Positions 1 through 12,999 of a stretch of DNA of 64,000 nt are shown here, one piece after another; the stretch's first letter is position 1; the number at the start of each line of letters is the position of its first letter. The stretch is from positions 50,840,001 through 50,904,000 of the forward strand of contig OZ260664.1 in NCBI GenBank assembly GCA_965285935.1. The letters are read 5' to 3'. The notes under the pieces were generated by a model. The model did not search any database, was not told the DNA's origin, and worked only from the letters and a program-made list of their open reading frames with translations. The translations under genes were made by a program, and so were the position numbers. The stretch comes from Ophelia neglecta (lineage: Eukaryota).

Positions 1-622
1 TTCTACTTTTCTATAATTAAGAAGGTTTTATGGCCTGAATCTATGAATGGGGCATATCTTCAATGTTTTTTTTCTACTTTTCTATAATTAAGAAGGTTTT
101 ATGGCCTGAATCTATGAATGGGGCATATCTTCAATGTTTTTTTTCTACTTTTCTATAATTAAGAAGGTTTTATGGCCTGAATCTATGAATGGGGCATATC
201 TTCAATGTTTTTTTTCTACTTTTCTATAATTAAGAAGGTTTTATGGCCTGAATCTATGAATGGGGCATATCTTCAATGTTTTTTGTCTACTTTTCTATAA
301 GTAAGAAGGTTTTATGGCCTGAATCTATGAATGGGGCATATCTTCAATGTTTTTTTTCTACTTTTCTATAATTAAGAAGGTTTTATGGCCTGAATCTATG
401 AATGGGGCATATCTTCAATGTTTTTTTTCTACTTTTCTATAATTAAGAAGGTTTTATGGCCTGAATCTATGAATGGGGCATATCTTCAATGTTTTTTTCT
501 ACTTTTCTATAATTAAGAAGGTTTTATGGCCTGAATCTATTAATAGGGCATAGTGATACGTCTTCAATGTTTTTTTTCTACTTTCTATAATTAAGAAGGT
601 TTTATGGCCTGAATCTATGAAT
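1..622. repeat. Tandem repeat (minisatellite), 71-bp unit, about 8.7 copies in window, truncated by window start
   Basis: The unit ttctacttttctataattaagaaggttttatggcctgaatctatgaatggggcatatcttcaatgtttttt recurs at 1, 72, 143 and onward. Copies are near-identical, with poly-T length variation and divergence in the last two. Confidence 0.97.
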
Positions 623-642
623 AGGTGTATCAGTACACTGAA

Positions 643-1058
643 TAGTGATGGGATTTGGTTTGATTTTCATAATCGATGATCGGTTCAGACAAACTAATCG
701 ATAATTGAGATAATCAGTTCAACAAATTTCATACCCTGTAATTATTAATAATTTGCCGGCAACACAGTGGCATGCGTCAGAGCCGGCCAGAACTGATGAA
801 ACCACCCTCATCTAGCGTTAGGATCGAGAAGTTTGCGAAAAGACCACAAACACGAGTATCATAGTAAACAAAGATGGCGACTCGAGAAGTTAATTCAGCC
901 ACACAGAAGAAAAGTCACTTGATATAAACAGATAAATAAACATGAGGAATTAGTGACCGTGAACCGACTAAACCGATAGAGGATTTTTTATTCAAGCGCT
1001 TGGTTCGAACAGCTTACCAACTGACTTTAGATTATAATCGATCATCGGCCCATCTCTA
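643..1058. mobile_element. Non-autonomous hAT-superfamily DNA transposon (MITE), 416 bp
   Basis: Imperfect terminal inverted repeats TAGTGATGGG (643-652) and CCCATCTCTA (1049-1058). Perfect 8-bp direct repeat ACACTGAA at 635-642 and 1059-1066. Subterminal ATAATCGAT(G/C)ATCGG at 669-683 and 1034-1048. An 8-bp TSD with short TAG-starting TIRs is typical of hAT elements. Confidence 0.85.
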
Positions 1059-1407
1059 ACACTGAAGTTAATACTTCTCGTCTGAGTCTAACACCCCATT
1101 CTGTTTCACAGTTAGGGTTTTGGGACATGATAACCATTATCATGTCCTACCCAAGGCTTCAATGCAATAATACAAAACTATGAAATAATCATATAAATGT
1201 TTAAGAGAACTGAATGTCCCCGTAGAAATATTTGTCACGCCTGGTGCAAGAAATATGGTCCCTTCATGATAAATGGAAAATCATACTACTATTGCCATTC
1301 TACATGGCCAGTGAGAAAGGCTTGCTTGGTGTGTCCAACACTCACTCTAAACAATTCAGAATGTAATTAATGCTAAATATATGCAGTTAATGTTTTCGTC
1401 TTTTCAG

Positions 1408-1517
1408 GAAAAATAGGAGATTGGAAAAACCACTTTTCATCAGACATGTCGGGGTTAATTGATACTATCAGCAAAGATGAATTTGATCTATTAGGATTAA
1501 AGTTTGAAGATTCTTAG
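1408..1517 (+). CDS. Terminal coding exon of a cytosolic sulfotransferase (SULT family); upstream exons lie outside the window
   Basis: After acceptor ttttcgtcttttcag|, the phase-1 exon reads (G)KIGDWKNHFSSDMSGLIDTISKDEFDLLGLKFEDS* (TAG 1515-1517). This matches the C-terminal SULT motif RKGxxGDWKNxF, and the intron falls within the RKG glycine as in other SULT genes. Confidence 0.88.
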
Positions 1518-2287
1518 CACTGATACATCTTCAAATTATTAGATGGCCTTTAAATGCAAATTTTTGATGGTTTTCAAAGAATATTTAAGAAGGTAGAAAT
1601 AATGAAAACTGGTATTAGAATTGACTGCAAAAATTGCTGTTATGTTGAACTGCACCTTTTTTTGTTGTTATTAGTTATAATGAATATAAATACTGTAAGG
1701 TGGAAAATGATGGCCGTGAAATATAGGTTGAAATTGAATGAAAAAAATTGTGTGAGCATTTACTGTAAATTGTATCAGAGAGTGTTTTTGTCCCAATTTT
1801 AGAAGACAACTGATCCGAACTATTTGGCATATTTTAAGAAAACTACTTCTAACTACCATGGCAACGAACATCAGGATTCACTAAAACTGGGCAGACTATG
1901 CGGGTTTTTGGTTTTTTACCTCATAAATTTGATTTATTATGTGAACCTTGATCATGTCTGATCAATTCCCATCAGAATAATGGTGCTTCATATACATTTG
2001 ATATAATGATTCAAATGTGGCCAAACGTGGAACCTTTTGGGTCCAATGTGACCGGTGCAACTCGGCCCACTTTGATATGGTGCGGTTATTAGTCACGCCA
2101 GGGAATACCCTATTCTAACGATGTCAAGGATTTCCTTTGCTTTAAGACAAAGATAAAGTATGGCAAGCCCAAGTGCTAAAAATTACATACAACAATGACA
2201 TAATATATACTAACAAAGTGCATTGGTCGCATATATATGCGCAAAAGGGAAATTACACTTAATATTTTTAAAAAGTGCATTAAATTT

Positions 2288-2293
2288 AATAAA
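2288..2293 (+). terminator. Possible polyadenylation signal of the SULT transcript
   Basis: AATAAA about 770 nt after the SULT stop, with T/GT-rich sequence downstream (about 2333-2360). The AT-rich context makes this weak. Confidence 0.3.
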
Positions 2294-3140
2294 GTAAAAT
2301 GTATTTATTCAAAGGATAAAGGCAATTAAACAATTTTGTTTATGTTCTTTTGTTGTTATATGATTTTATTTATTAAAAAGGCACAAGCGACTGAAAAATA
2401 ATGAATTCTTTATTAGACTATACAATGAAGAAAATTGTGTTGAAATATGATTATTAATTAGACTTATAATTTCCTTTCTAGTTTATTTTTTAACATGACA
2501 GTCGAAAATAAAGGTTGATAATGATGATCAATTTGGACAGAAGCAATGTTAACAGCCTAATTTGCAAGCACCACAAAGATAGTTTGTCATGACAATTTTT
2601 ATTAGTATGGGAAGTCTTACATTTAACTCCTACATTTACGTAACATAGGGCATTAAGAATCTGGTAATTTCGTGCTTTTTGCAATTCCATGCAGTAAGTG
2701 AGGTTATTGCACATTCATTTTGAGAAAAAAGTGCAAATTATATAAGGATAAGCTTGTGTACGTTAGGGTATCGTTTAATTAGTTCCATGCAGTAAGTATC
2801 CTGATGCCGCACATTTTCCGTTACTTACCGCGCGACAATAAACAATGCAGGAAATCAAAATGCGCAGAAGAAGACTAGTAAACAATGTTAGAAAATAACC
2901 GGACCTTGCCCAAAGTACAGAAAATAACAAACTTGGAGCAGGCCTGCTACGTGCGATACGGGGAGAGGGTAAAATGGGAATGGGGTCACAGACAGCTTGT
3001 GGCAGAAAGGGCAATGCCATGAGAAGATACGGGAGAGGGGGTGACAAGCAGTCATCATTCGGATGGGAGGCCTGTAATGACACTTGGGAAGGCAGCACCG
3101 AAGCCAGTTTAAGAGGAAACAAAGAATTTTTCAAGCGACA

Positions 3141-3476
3141 CAGCACTGCGCCTAATACAAACATCATATAAGTTAGCTGTCCCTGGCTATACCCGACGTG
3201 GAATGGCTTCATCCGGTCATCAGAAAGCGGCTGGACAGCAACAGAGCACTGAGCCGAATACAAACATCATATTAGATAGCTGTCCCTGGCCACCCGACGT
3301 GGAATGGCTTCATCCGGTCACCAGAAAAACGGCTGGACAGCAACAGAGCACTGCGCCGAATACAAACATCATATTAGATAGCTGTCACTGGCCACCCGAC
3401 GTGGAATGGCTTCATCCGGTCACCAGAAAACAGCAGCACAGCAACACAGCACTGCGCCCATTACAAACATCATATT
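3141..3476. repeat. Tandem repeat, about 102-bp unit, about 3.3 copies
   Basis: The unit (c/g)agcactg(c/a)gccgaatacaaacatcatattagatagctgtccctggccacccgacgtggaatggcttcatccggtcaccagaaa... starts at about 3141, 3244, 3346 and 3447. It explains the repeated peptide in ORF 3203-3616. Confidence 0.93.
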
Positions 3477-6400
3477 GCATAACTGAACCCTACCCCACAC
3501 GGGAAGACTTCACTAAGTCACCGGAGAGCTGCCATAGCATTGAAAGCAATACAAGCATCATAGGAGTTTTGTTCTTTCGGAAAACGATATTTTTATCGGC
3601 TTTGACTATGAGCTGATATCTGCATAAGTCACGGGGACAGAGCTGCTTTTCTAAACGCCTTGTCATTTGGTAGAAAAATTTGTGCCTGAATCCAAAGCTG
3701 GAGTTGTCCTATGTTAGTACATATTTGCCCGAGTTAATAACTTCCATGGATTACTAGTATGTCATAATTTGCCAGATGCAGTAGGAAGTCAACAATTGTT
3801 AAACAGCACACTGTAATCAAAAGGGCACATGAAATGAAGCAGGTCAGTTCATGTCACCATCCCAAGTAACCAGCTGAATAATACACCAGGCAATAGGCCC
3901 CCTAACGATTTTCAATGAAGTTTAATCAGTAGTTAACATAATAACCTCGTGTTTTGTGAAATTCACAGCCAGGGGAAACATACCAATAGAATAAATTTTG
4001 TTTTGTCAACCGCGCGTCCGACAAGTAAACAGATTCTTATTCATGGGTAATATGAAATGTTGATGTTGCGTGTTTACATGTTTTGTTGTGATGATTCCTA
4101 GCGTGTTTTTCTCAGCTGGACCCTATGGCTTGGTCGGACTCCCTGACTTCAATCGTTAGCCGACCAATGCGATATACGCCCTTGTTTACTTCATATTTAC
4201 TGTTTTCTCAAATACAAACAAAAATAACCCTAGATCAGTTTAATGTATAAATACTGTCTTATATTCCGGCATATATTGCCGCACACAAAATTGACTTTTT
4301 TTCCACGGTTAACTTATGAGTAATGGCGATTTAACGAAATTAAACGAATTATTTGTAAGTTGCCGGAAAGAGCACTGTGCATGCGGAAGAAGCGTCCGCT
4401 CCACCACACCTCTCATCGTCTTATTTTTAGTATCAGGTCCCTCTCGATATTTTTATATTACTACTGTGAAACTTGCTCATTCTAAATTAACATTTATCGT
4501 TTTAACATTTGTGCTAATACTATGTTAGTAGTTTACTTCATCGGTCTTTCTTTAATGACAGAAACACGGCCTGTGGTGTAGTAAATAAGTCAGATAAATA
4601 GATTAATTAGAAAATTGGGTTTCTTCGGTAATAGACTTGGTCAGTCCTTCAACCTTCACCAGAAGTTACAATATTAAGTCAGAATTGTATTTAACGTGCA
4701 CAAACGACGATCCCATTCGACATCGGATTTCGGACTATACCCAAGAGCAGCTGAAGCTGGATAACTAGAGGATAACTATGAATGCCAGGAAAATAAATCT
4801 TCATTTCCTGGCAACTAAATAGTAATAGTTGTAGTATTCATTTTTAATAGCAAGTTTATGAAAACACAGAGTACCTTTATAAGTGCTCTTTATATTGGAA
4901 TTACTAATTATGTCCATAATATTGAAGTCGTCCAAGTCAACAATATTTATTCTAAAGTTCATTTAAATTGACAGTTTTTTAAGTCACAAGTAGCAGAGAG
5001 TATGTGTTATTTAAATAAGGTGATGTGAGGTAAACGAAGGAATCAATACCACGATGACATCATGGACTATTCTCTTCATCTTTTATATTTGCATAAAGTG
5101 CACTAATGCAATATTTAAAATGTGCAGGGTAAATAAAGAAACGCAGACTATGAATTGGCATCAAAAGAAAACTAAATAAATTTAAAAGAAATATGAATGT
5201 GTGTAATGATAATGGTATAGAATGGCGGGTACCAAATAAAAGCACCAGAAAGGAGTCTAAAAATGCAAATATGGTCCAGGTCGAAGAGATTTAGTTATCT
5301 ATGGTATTAAATGATACAAAATCCCATTGCTCTCTGGCAAATCCTCGAATGGGGTCCCTACTTGGGGAGAATCCACGTAGAGTCGCAGTTGTTATGCAAT
5401 AACCTTGGTGGAGATTTCAGGCTTTGTGTTGTAATATATGTGATATAGCTATTTCTTAAAACCCTTACAAAATCTATGCCTTTCGGTATCCGTTTGTGGT
5501 CCTTAGAGGTATATATTTAGGCCTATGTTCTCATTTTATCGGCCACCAATGGTAGTTTCCTCACCCTCTTTCACCTTACCCCACCAAATCCCTGAGCAAC
5601 TGTTTGAAACACATTAAGTTTCAATTGAAATAATTATACACAGTTTTTTCATATTTTCTGTTTAATTTTGTAAGTATATTTTTTCTTACTGCTCGGAAGA
5701 TCCGTCTTGCCTCTTTCGGTTAATCCGTGCATAACGTTCTTTGAATTATAAAGGAGCCAACTTATAATTAATAACCAACACAAATAATAAGACTGACAGA
5801 CAGATTCAACGGTGAGAATCTTTATGTTCGTGGCATTAACTTAATTAAAGATAAACCACCTATGCTCAACTCCCTGTAATCTACCAGGTAAAATTAAATA
5901 GCGGCTGAAACAGATCGAATAGAAAAGCATCTATATAAAGTCCGGTTCAATCAGTCTATTCCTTTCACTCCCACTTTGTTCAAATGCAATCTGTCCAGAA
6001 CCTTTTCGCGGTTCAGCTCTCGGCTCGGTCTTTTGTAAGTTGGCGTCAAAGCTTTTAGCAGACAGAGACAACTCTTCTTAACTGTTTATTTTATTAACCA
6101 ATCTTCCATAAACTGCATCCTTTGCACAAATTACAGCTGCATTCAGCACATCACGTCCGTCCAAGTAGAGAGACTATCCCGGCTTTTTCCTGAAGTGATT
6201 CAATCTGAAAGCTGTTTGTCTGGCGAAATGTGGACTAGATTCCCCGGCAAACTGTTCTAATGTAGTTAGCTCTATCCCGAGGGTATCACTCTTAATCCCA
6301 ACCAATTACTCAAAAAATTCAGAGAAAATCTAAGTCAATAGAGGCTCCAGTGAATTGTACATAGTACGCCGGTTGCCTGGGCTTATTGGACTGTCGCCAC

Positions 6401-9400
6401 TGTGTCCACCCTCTGACCACACATAATTTGTTTCGCACTCTGCCGTGAAGAGCTTTTTTGTCATATATGTATATGATTATACGTCCTTCTTTTGTGAAGC
6501 GTAAAGTTACCATAGCGTGCTAAACATAAGCCATACTTAACTTGGCAATTTCTTTTAGAACGGGAATTTGGAGTTGTTGGATTGGTGATACTGCATTAAT
6601 GTAAATCAATACCAGTAAGAAGACTTAATTAGTCTTAATATTTTTGATAAAAAAGGAGGTTTGTTCTATTGAAAACGTTTTTTTATCGCGGGGTTTGTTT
6701 TTACCTTCAATCATTATGCTGTATGTTTTCTATCTATTTAGTCATTGGGATATAATTTTGTAAGGAAAATAACATTGGTTTAAAACACCATTTCGTCTAT
6801 AATATGTTAATTTACTGCAGGGTTGTCGGCTTGGCCATTGGTCAAGTTTGGGTGTTCATTGACAAACATTACATTACTTTCCAACGATTCCCCTTTTTTT
6901 CCCATTCTCCTGTGTAAAATTACAGTTCTCCCCTTAGATAATTTGTTTATCTATAGACTAAAATGACCCACTGCAATGCTTTAGTTGCAGGCCCAATATA
7001 TACACAAGCACATCACTCTTAATATGATGGCATTGGCGCTCACTAAAACCCTTGCACTATATTGTTCATGTAGCTCCTTCTGGTGGATCAATCTGTCACA
7101 GAAAAAATTTCTTTTCTACCGTAAGTCCTTTTTTTACTCCATCATCATGTGCCATCACATTAGGATGTCGTCTGCTAACGGAAACTGGGCCTGCCGCGTA
7201 TGGAAAACGATGTTATCATCATGGAGTCTCTCGTTTGACAAACTTCCAATGACCGATAGTTCCCACCTTTTGTTTTATCTAGCTGTAAATCTGAGGCCCT
7301 AACACGGAAATGCATATAATCGTTTGGCTCTCAAAACATTTCTAATCCTGATTTATGAATGGAGAGACACGCGGGTCCTGGTCACCATTCATATGAAATA
7401 TTACCCCTGAATACCTGAGGTATGAAAGAAAACAAAAGGTTTCATTTCTCATTGTTTTCGGCACTGCAGTGTCAATTTTCTAGATTTTCTCTTAGATTGC
7501 CAAGGCACAATTTAGGGAGGAAAAATCCAGTGCCAACAATAAACAGTATCCCCATCACAGGCTTAAGATGTTCGAGTAAAGCCTACGATTTACATGCACA
7601 ATTCTGGTTGATAATCATCTATTTATTTGATGAATCTTGTGGGTTTTTGTCCATCCTTTCATATTTGTGATGACCCACTTGATATTTAGACCGTTGACGC
7701 AGCCAAATTTTTTTTACACGGACACACGCGTAGAGTGGTACTAAAACTATCTCTGAAAAAAAAAATTCACACCATAGCTTCTAACTATGTGACGTTACAA
7801 GACAAAGAGATGTCGGCTCATTGCCAGGTCGTTAAAGAAGATGACTAGCAGTCTTCCCTGGAAGCCTCAGACGATCAATACGATCGTTTAATACCCTTGT
7901 TGTTATAGTTCTTCTGTATCGATGTTCAATTAGCAGCGTTCTACAAGCACTCCTTGGCGATTCCCGGGCTAACAAGATTAAGAGACTTGTCTGATTTTGA
8001 GCAAAAAATCGTGCTACATGGGCCTGAAGACGGATCACTATCAGTGTCATGTCCTCGCCGATATTGAGCCCTTCCTGGTCAACAATTGCAGCATTAAGTT
8101 TTTATAAGCTAATCAACACAATCGCTCATAACATGCTTCGAGTCTCAATGCGTTTTGGCCAAGACAAAACAATATCTGTTTGCCTCCATCGATTTGGTTG
8201 CAAATAATTGGCCATAGATATATATTTCCATTCAATAACGATGATGCTTCCCTTTTACAGTGGAGGTCCTTATGATTATTGTGAAAAATCATTGGCGATG
8301 CGGCTCGTTTTAAGCAGATAATAACAATAGCCTATCAGAAGAAAGAGTCCGTGTTGCGTGATGGTCCAGTACTTGCTGTCATGTATACATACACAGGTGT
8401 CACCATTCGTCCGTGATTCCCGCAACATTGTCTCAATCGCCATGTTATGAAATATGTATAATTTATTAGACATTCGCCATAGATGTATAATAATCGTCTT
8501 TACGTGGTATTCACGCCGCGGTATCCTGGATGTAGTATAGGTCGGCCGGTTTACGGCAGCACGTACGGAGATATTTGATGTAACATTATAGTGTAATGAA
8601 ACGCGGAACATGACACTTAGGGGTCATTGGGATCAATAGGCCTATAACCAAACTCTGGACTGCCACAAGCTGTCAGAACAATACATTTAACTGAATAAAT
8701 GCCTTCATCACAGGTTATAGGCTAGCTGAAATAAAAAATGTTCTCCAACATTTTTTTTAATTTGAAATTATTAAACGGACAGAACACTAAGAGTTGAAAA
8801 TAGACTCGCAAAAATATTGACTTATATGCCCCATAATCACCTTCTGAAAATTGCTTATAAATAATTATCGATAGAAGAGACTGAGGTATAATGTTTTTTA
8901 GTGGCGTCAGTTACAGCGTTCGATTGCACGACTGTTACCGCTTGTAGCCCCGCCGTCCTTCGGAGGTGATTTACTCGGAAGTTCACCCCTCGACAGGCCT
9001 TCCTTCCGGCTCTGCCATTGTACTAATTTACACAATCACAAGCGGAAGACAATAGAGTGTTAATATAAAGCAGCAGCAGCTAAAAGAGCAAAGATTCACA
9101 CGTTCTGTTGGGTATGACATGACCAAATAGCTGTTGAGATCAGGTAGCTAGTATTTGGTGTAGCCGAAGGATGATCTAAACAGATGTAAGATGCTGAATT
9201 CGTGTTATAAAAGGCCCCTAATGGCTGACACCCTCACGTGAGGCAAACTCAGCTGAACCTCGCGTCCTTATGCGAGCTGGGACACCGGTTCGGCCCATCC
9301 GATCAAAACCAAAACGTTCCCAAAGTTAACAAACGTGATGCACATCTGCTAATGTAGGAGTGAAAATATCGACACACTGGATCTGAGGTCAGGGGACAAG

Positions 9401-12400
9401 CTAGGTAAATGTGTAACTGGCTTAGTTCAATAGGAAATTAAGGCTTAGGACTACGTTAGACCGTCATTTGAGAGCTGCTCACATTTGCCGTACCGTATTT
9501 CAACTCCGTGTTTTTTACTCTACCGTTATCTCATGAGAAGCTTGCAGCGCATGTTTTTCCGGCGTTGAACGGCGTGACCAGGTTATCGAAAAATCACTAC
9601 ATCGTCGATAAACAGCTTACACATTTAATAACATGACGTGCCTTTTTGTCCTTGTAAAAATGTTATTTTTCTGATATGAATCTTACATGTACAAGCATTG
9701 TCCGCAATCAAAATGTGATCTTTTCGAAAACCAGAAAGGTAAAAAGCAATATCAGTTGGAAACACATTGCTATAGATGACTCACTAGCTAGAAGATTAAT
9801 CCTAGATATCCTTATTATTGAAGAAGAATTTTAAAATTTATATCTAACTGTCCCGATAACGTGTAAATTGATGGATTCTATTAACATATTTACGAGGGGT
9901 AAAAGCGAGTTCAGCTTAATCGCTCATTGAACGTGGGTGCCGCTCGGGGAAGTGAGGAGTCAAGGATTGAAATGGATTTTTATAATATATGTAGGCTATG
10001 ATTTTATGGGTTGTTCCTTATATTGTTGCTGACTGCAGACATGGTGCACAAATTACCATTTACGTATATTTTATATGAGCTATAGCTATATTATCATGGC
10101 GTTGATATAAGGTAGCACAAGTAATAATAATTTTTTTTGCGTATCATTTCACATAAAATAGGTTTTTACCAAAGAAAATGTATATTTAAAGAGCGCGTTT
10201 AGCGAGGAAAGCTCGCGGAGACAACAACAATCGCCGACAATGAGATGGTGTCTGGAGTTCTTCGGCGATGCAGGTGTACCGAAAGTGATGTGTGTATTAG
10301 ATGAAGGTGGTGACCTTAACCATAACACTGTGTCAAATGCGTTCCAACGCTCCTTTCAACGAATTTATGAGAAATTAGAATTCAAATTGTCGAGGTGTAA
10401 TATTAGCTACGGGCGATTACACAACCCCTTTGTTAACTAAAAATATATTACCCGGACTGGCTGCCGTGTTTGCGGAGTGCTATGGGCCAGGTGATAAGTG
10501 ATGATTGATTTATAAAGGATCCTGTTCGCCTCGTGACTGACTTCTAACTTTCATGACACTTCGCAACACAAAGCCTGAAAACTTGTGCGTTCGGTGAACT
10601 TTTTCTGGTGAAAAGCGCAATGGAGAACTGTCGACCTCGGGTTGAACACGTGATACCGAAACGCCGGTTGTCAGCCCCGCCGAGAGGCGCTGTCAAGGCT
10701 GTAGATATTTGTAATTTAAGAAATAAGGAGATTTTTTCTTAAAGCTGCAAGATGTCTTGTCAAATAAAGGATTATGTAAATCAATTTTCCCATAATTTGA
10801 GACTCAAGACGCGGGTTAGGATGCTAATTGATTATTACACAATGTGTTTTGACAGGCATATTTGAAATAAGGAATGAATAAATTATTTGATTAATAACAC
10901 AAAGCTGTCAGGGATTGTATAATATTATATCTATCAATCCCTCGTCTTATAACATCTGTGGAAACAATGACAAACGCGCAGGAAATAAAACGATCAGAAA
11001 TAAGAAGTGAAAAACGAGAACTGTTTTACATTGAGGCCGCTAGAAATCAAGTTATTTTCTATAAAATTTAACAGTGTGTGAATGATTTATATACTGTAGG
11101 CCTAGCAAGTCTATATAGTTATATATACTACTATACTTTCATATTATTGATTATGATACACCAATTTTCTATGACAAACTCACAAGCCAATCAACTGAAG
11201 TCATATTGGGTTACTGGCTAAACTCTCGAATGAATTTCAACAGGCTGAATATTAATTTGTTGATGTTTTCACAAAAGGTAGTCGCTCTTTGCGAGACCCA
11301 AATGCACACCTTTTCCCGTTGTAAGAAAGTCAATCTCTTCAAAGAGTTGGTTCTTTGTATTCCCACTCCAGTCGAATCGGGGTTGTTTGAACAGACTGGC
11401 CGGGGATTCTTTGAGGTAAGTTGTATTTGAAGTGTTGGGGAGAACTTTGTATTTTTGTTTCATATTGTCTTTTACTACTGCTGGATGTCACTGAGCCCCT
11501 CCTTTTCTCCCGCCTTTGTGCGACCAACTTTGTAAATATTAATCTCAGTTGGTGCAATTATGATTTCACTTCTAATTTCCTCCTTCTTTGTGGGGCCGCT
11601 GTTCGCCATTTTACTAGTCGGACAAACCCGTGGAAATGGCTGAGCATTAGAAGAATAGAGGCGTCTAAAGCCTCGGGGGCCGTCGATAATTGGCTGGATA
11701 ACGGCATCGATATAAAGTGGCCCGGCCAACATAAAAAATGCGACAAGACTGATGTGAGGTGATTATGAACGCCTCGATGCGTATTTCGCGTCTCATTCTG
11801 AATGGATAGTTTTTTGGCCATTGACATGCATGAGATTATGCCTGGCAAATGTTATTTCATAATTTCGTTACTGCTTGTGTTTAGAATACCAAACCGGGAC
11901 AGTGTATGTCTGTTGCTTGTAAACTATAATAAATCTACATGCTAGTAGTCAGGAAAATACACTGTGACAATCTAACAAATCACAATCTTTCGACTTTCCA
12001 ATTTCAGTTTCATTATTTGTATGAAATAATCTCTTTATACTGGTTAGTACACCTGTATCAAATAAGAGATGGATGTTATGGAGCATTGCACCATAAGACC
12101 TTCTTTGGTAATGACAAACAACTGCATCTTAGTTTGATTCAAGCCGAGAAAATGTCTTTTCTTCCATATATAACGTTATCTGATCAGTGAATTTATTTTA
12201 AGATCTCCGAGATCTTAGATGCCATCTCCATTCAATCCCAGAAGGATTAGACCACCCAAATCTTTGTGAGTGCCTGCTTCATGCATCTTGACACCGGCCA
12301 GAAGATGAAAGTGAACAACCGATTGCATTCGAGTGTTTACCAAATTACTCGACTTCCGGATAAGCCTTTACATTGCCTTGTTCCTCTATTCATCCTGCAA

Positions 12401-12999
12401 TCATAGTATTCAAATCGCTACCGATAGTTTGTATAAGCTATCAAATATCGTCAAAAGCCGCCAAAATATTTGAATAAAACCATTGCCTGGTGTTCTTTCT
12501 GTCATCAAATTATCTTCTTATGTAAGCAATTCAAATCGAGATGATGTAGGGCCGATCCTTTTAGCCATGTGTCCTCGCCCATGTCAAGTGACGTCAAGCT
12601 CGGCCCAGAAACAGGTGGGCTGCAAGGAAATATGCTAATGAGCTTTTGTCAAGTGGGATTAATCTTCAACAATGCCTTATCACTTTAAAATCACTCGACG
12701 TCCGCGGAACTAGACATCTTCTTTAAAAACGTGGCGTATTCTGCTTTAGAAAGTGTCGCGAACATCATTGCGTTGTGTCTTTAGAAGCGATATTTTCAAC
12801 TCCACATGGCAAACGATGGAAATGATTTTATGGACTAAAACAATGAAAGGTGTACAGTAACAAAATACCGAAGCAACTCCACAAAACACTAATGTTATTT
12901 TGGTACTCGCGGACAACCGGCTATTTCCCAAAAAATACGCTAATAAACGGAAACAAGTTAGAATAGCAGCATCTGGGAAGTTAGCAAGTATACGATTTG

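Noticed and set aside
1-3476. CRISPR-like reading of the tandem arrays
   Set aside because: The repeats are contiguous without unique spacers, and the DNA is eukaryotic.
7265-7290. Partial resemblance to miR-9 (TTATCTAGCTGTA)
   Set aside because: The seed region mismatches and no precursor hairpin is evident.
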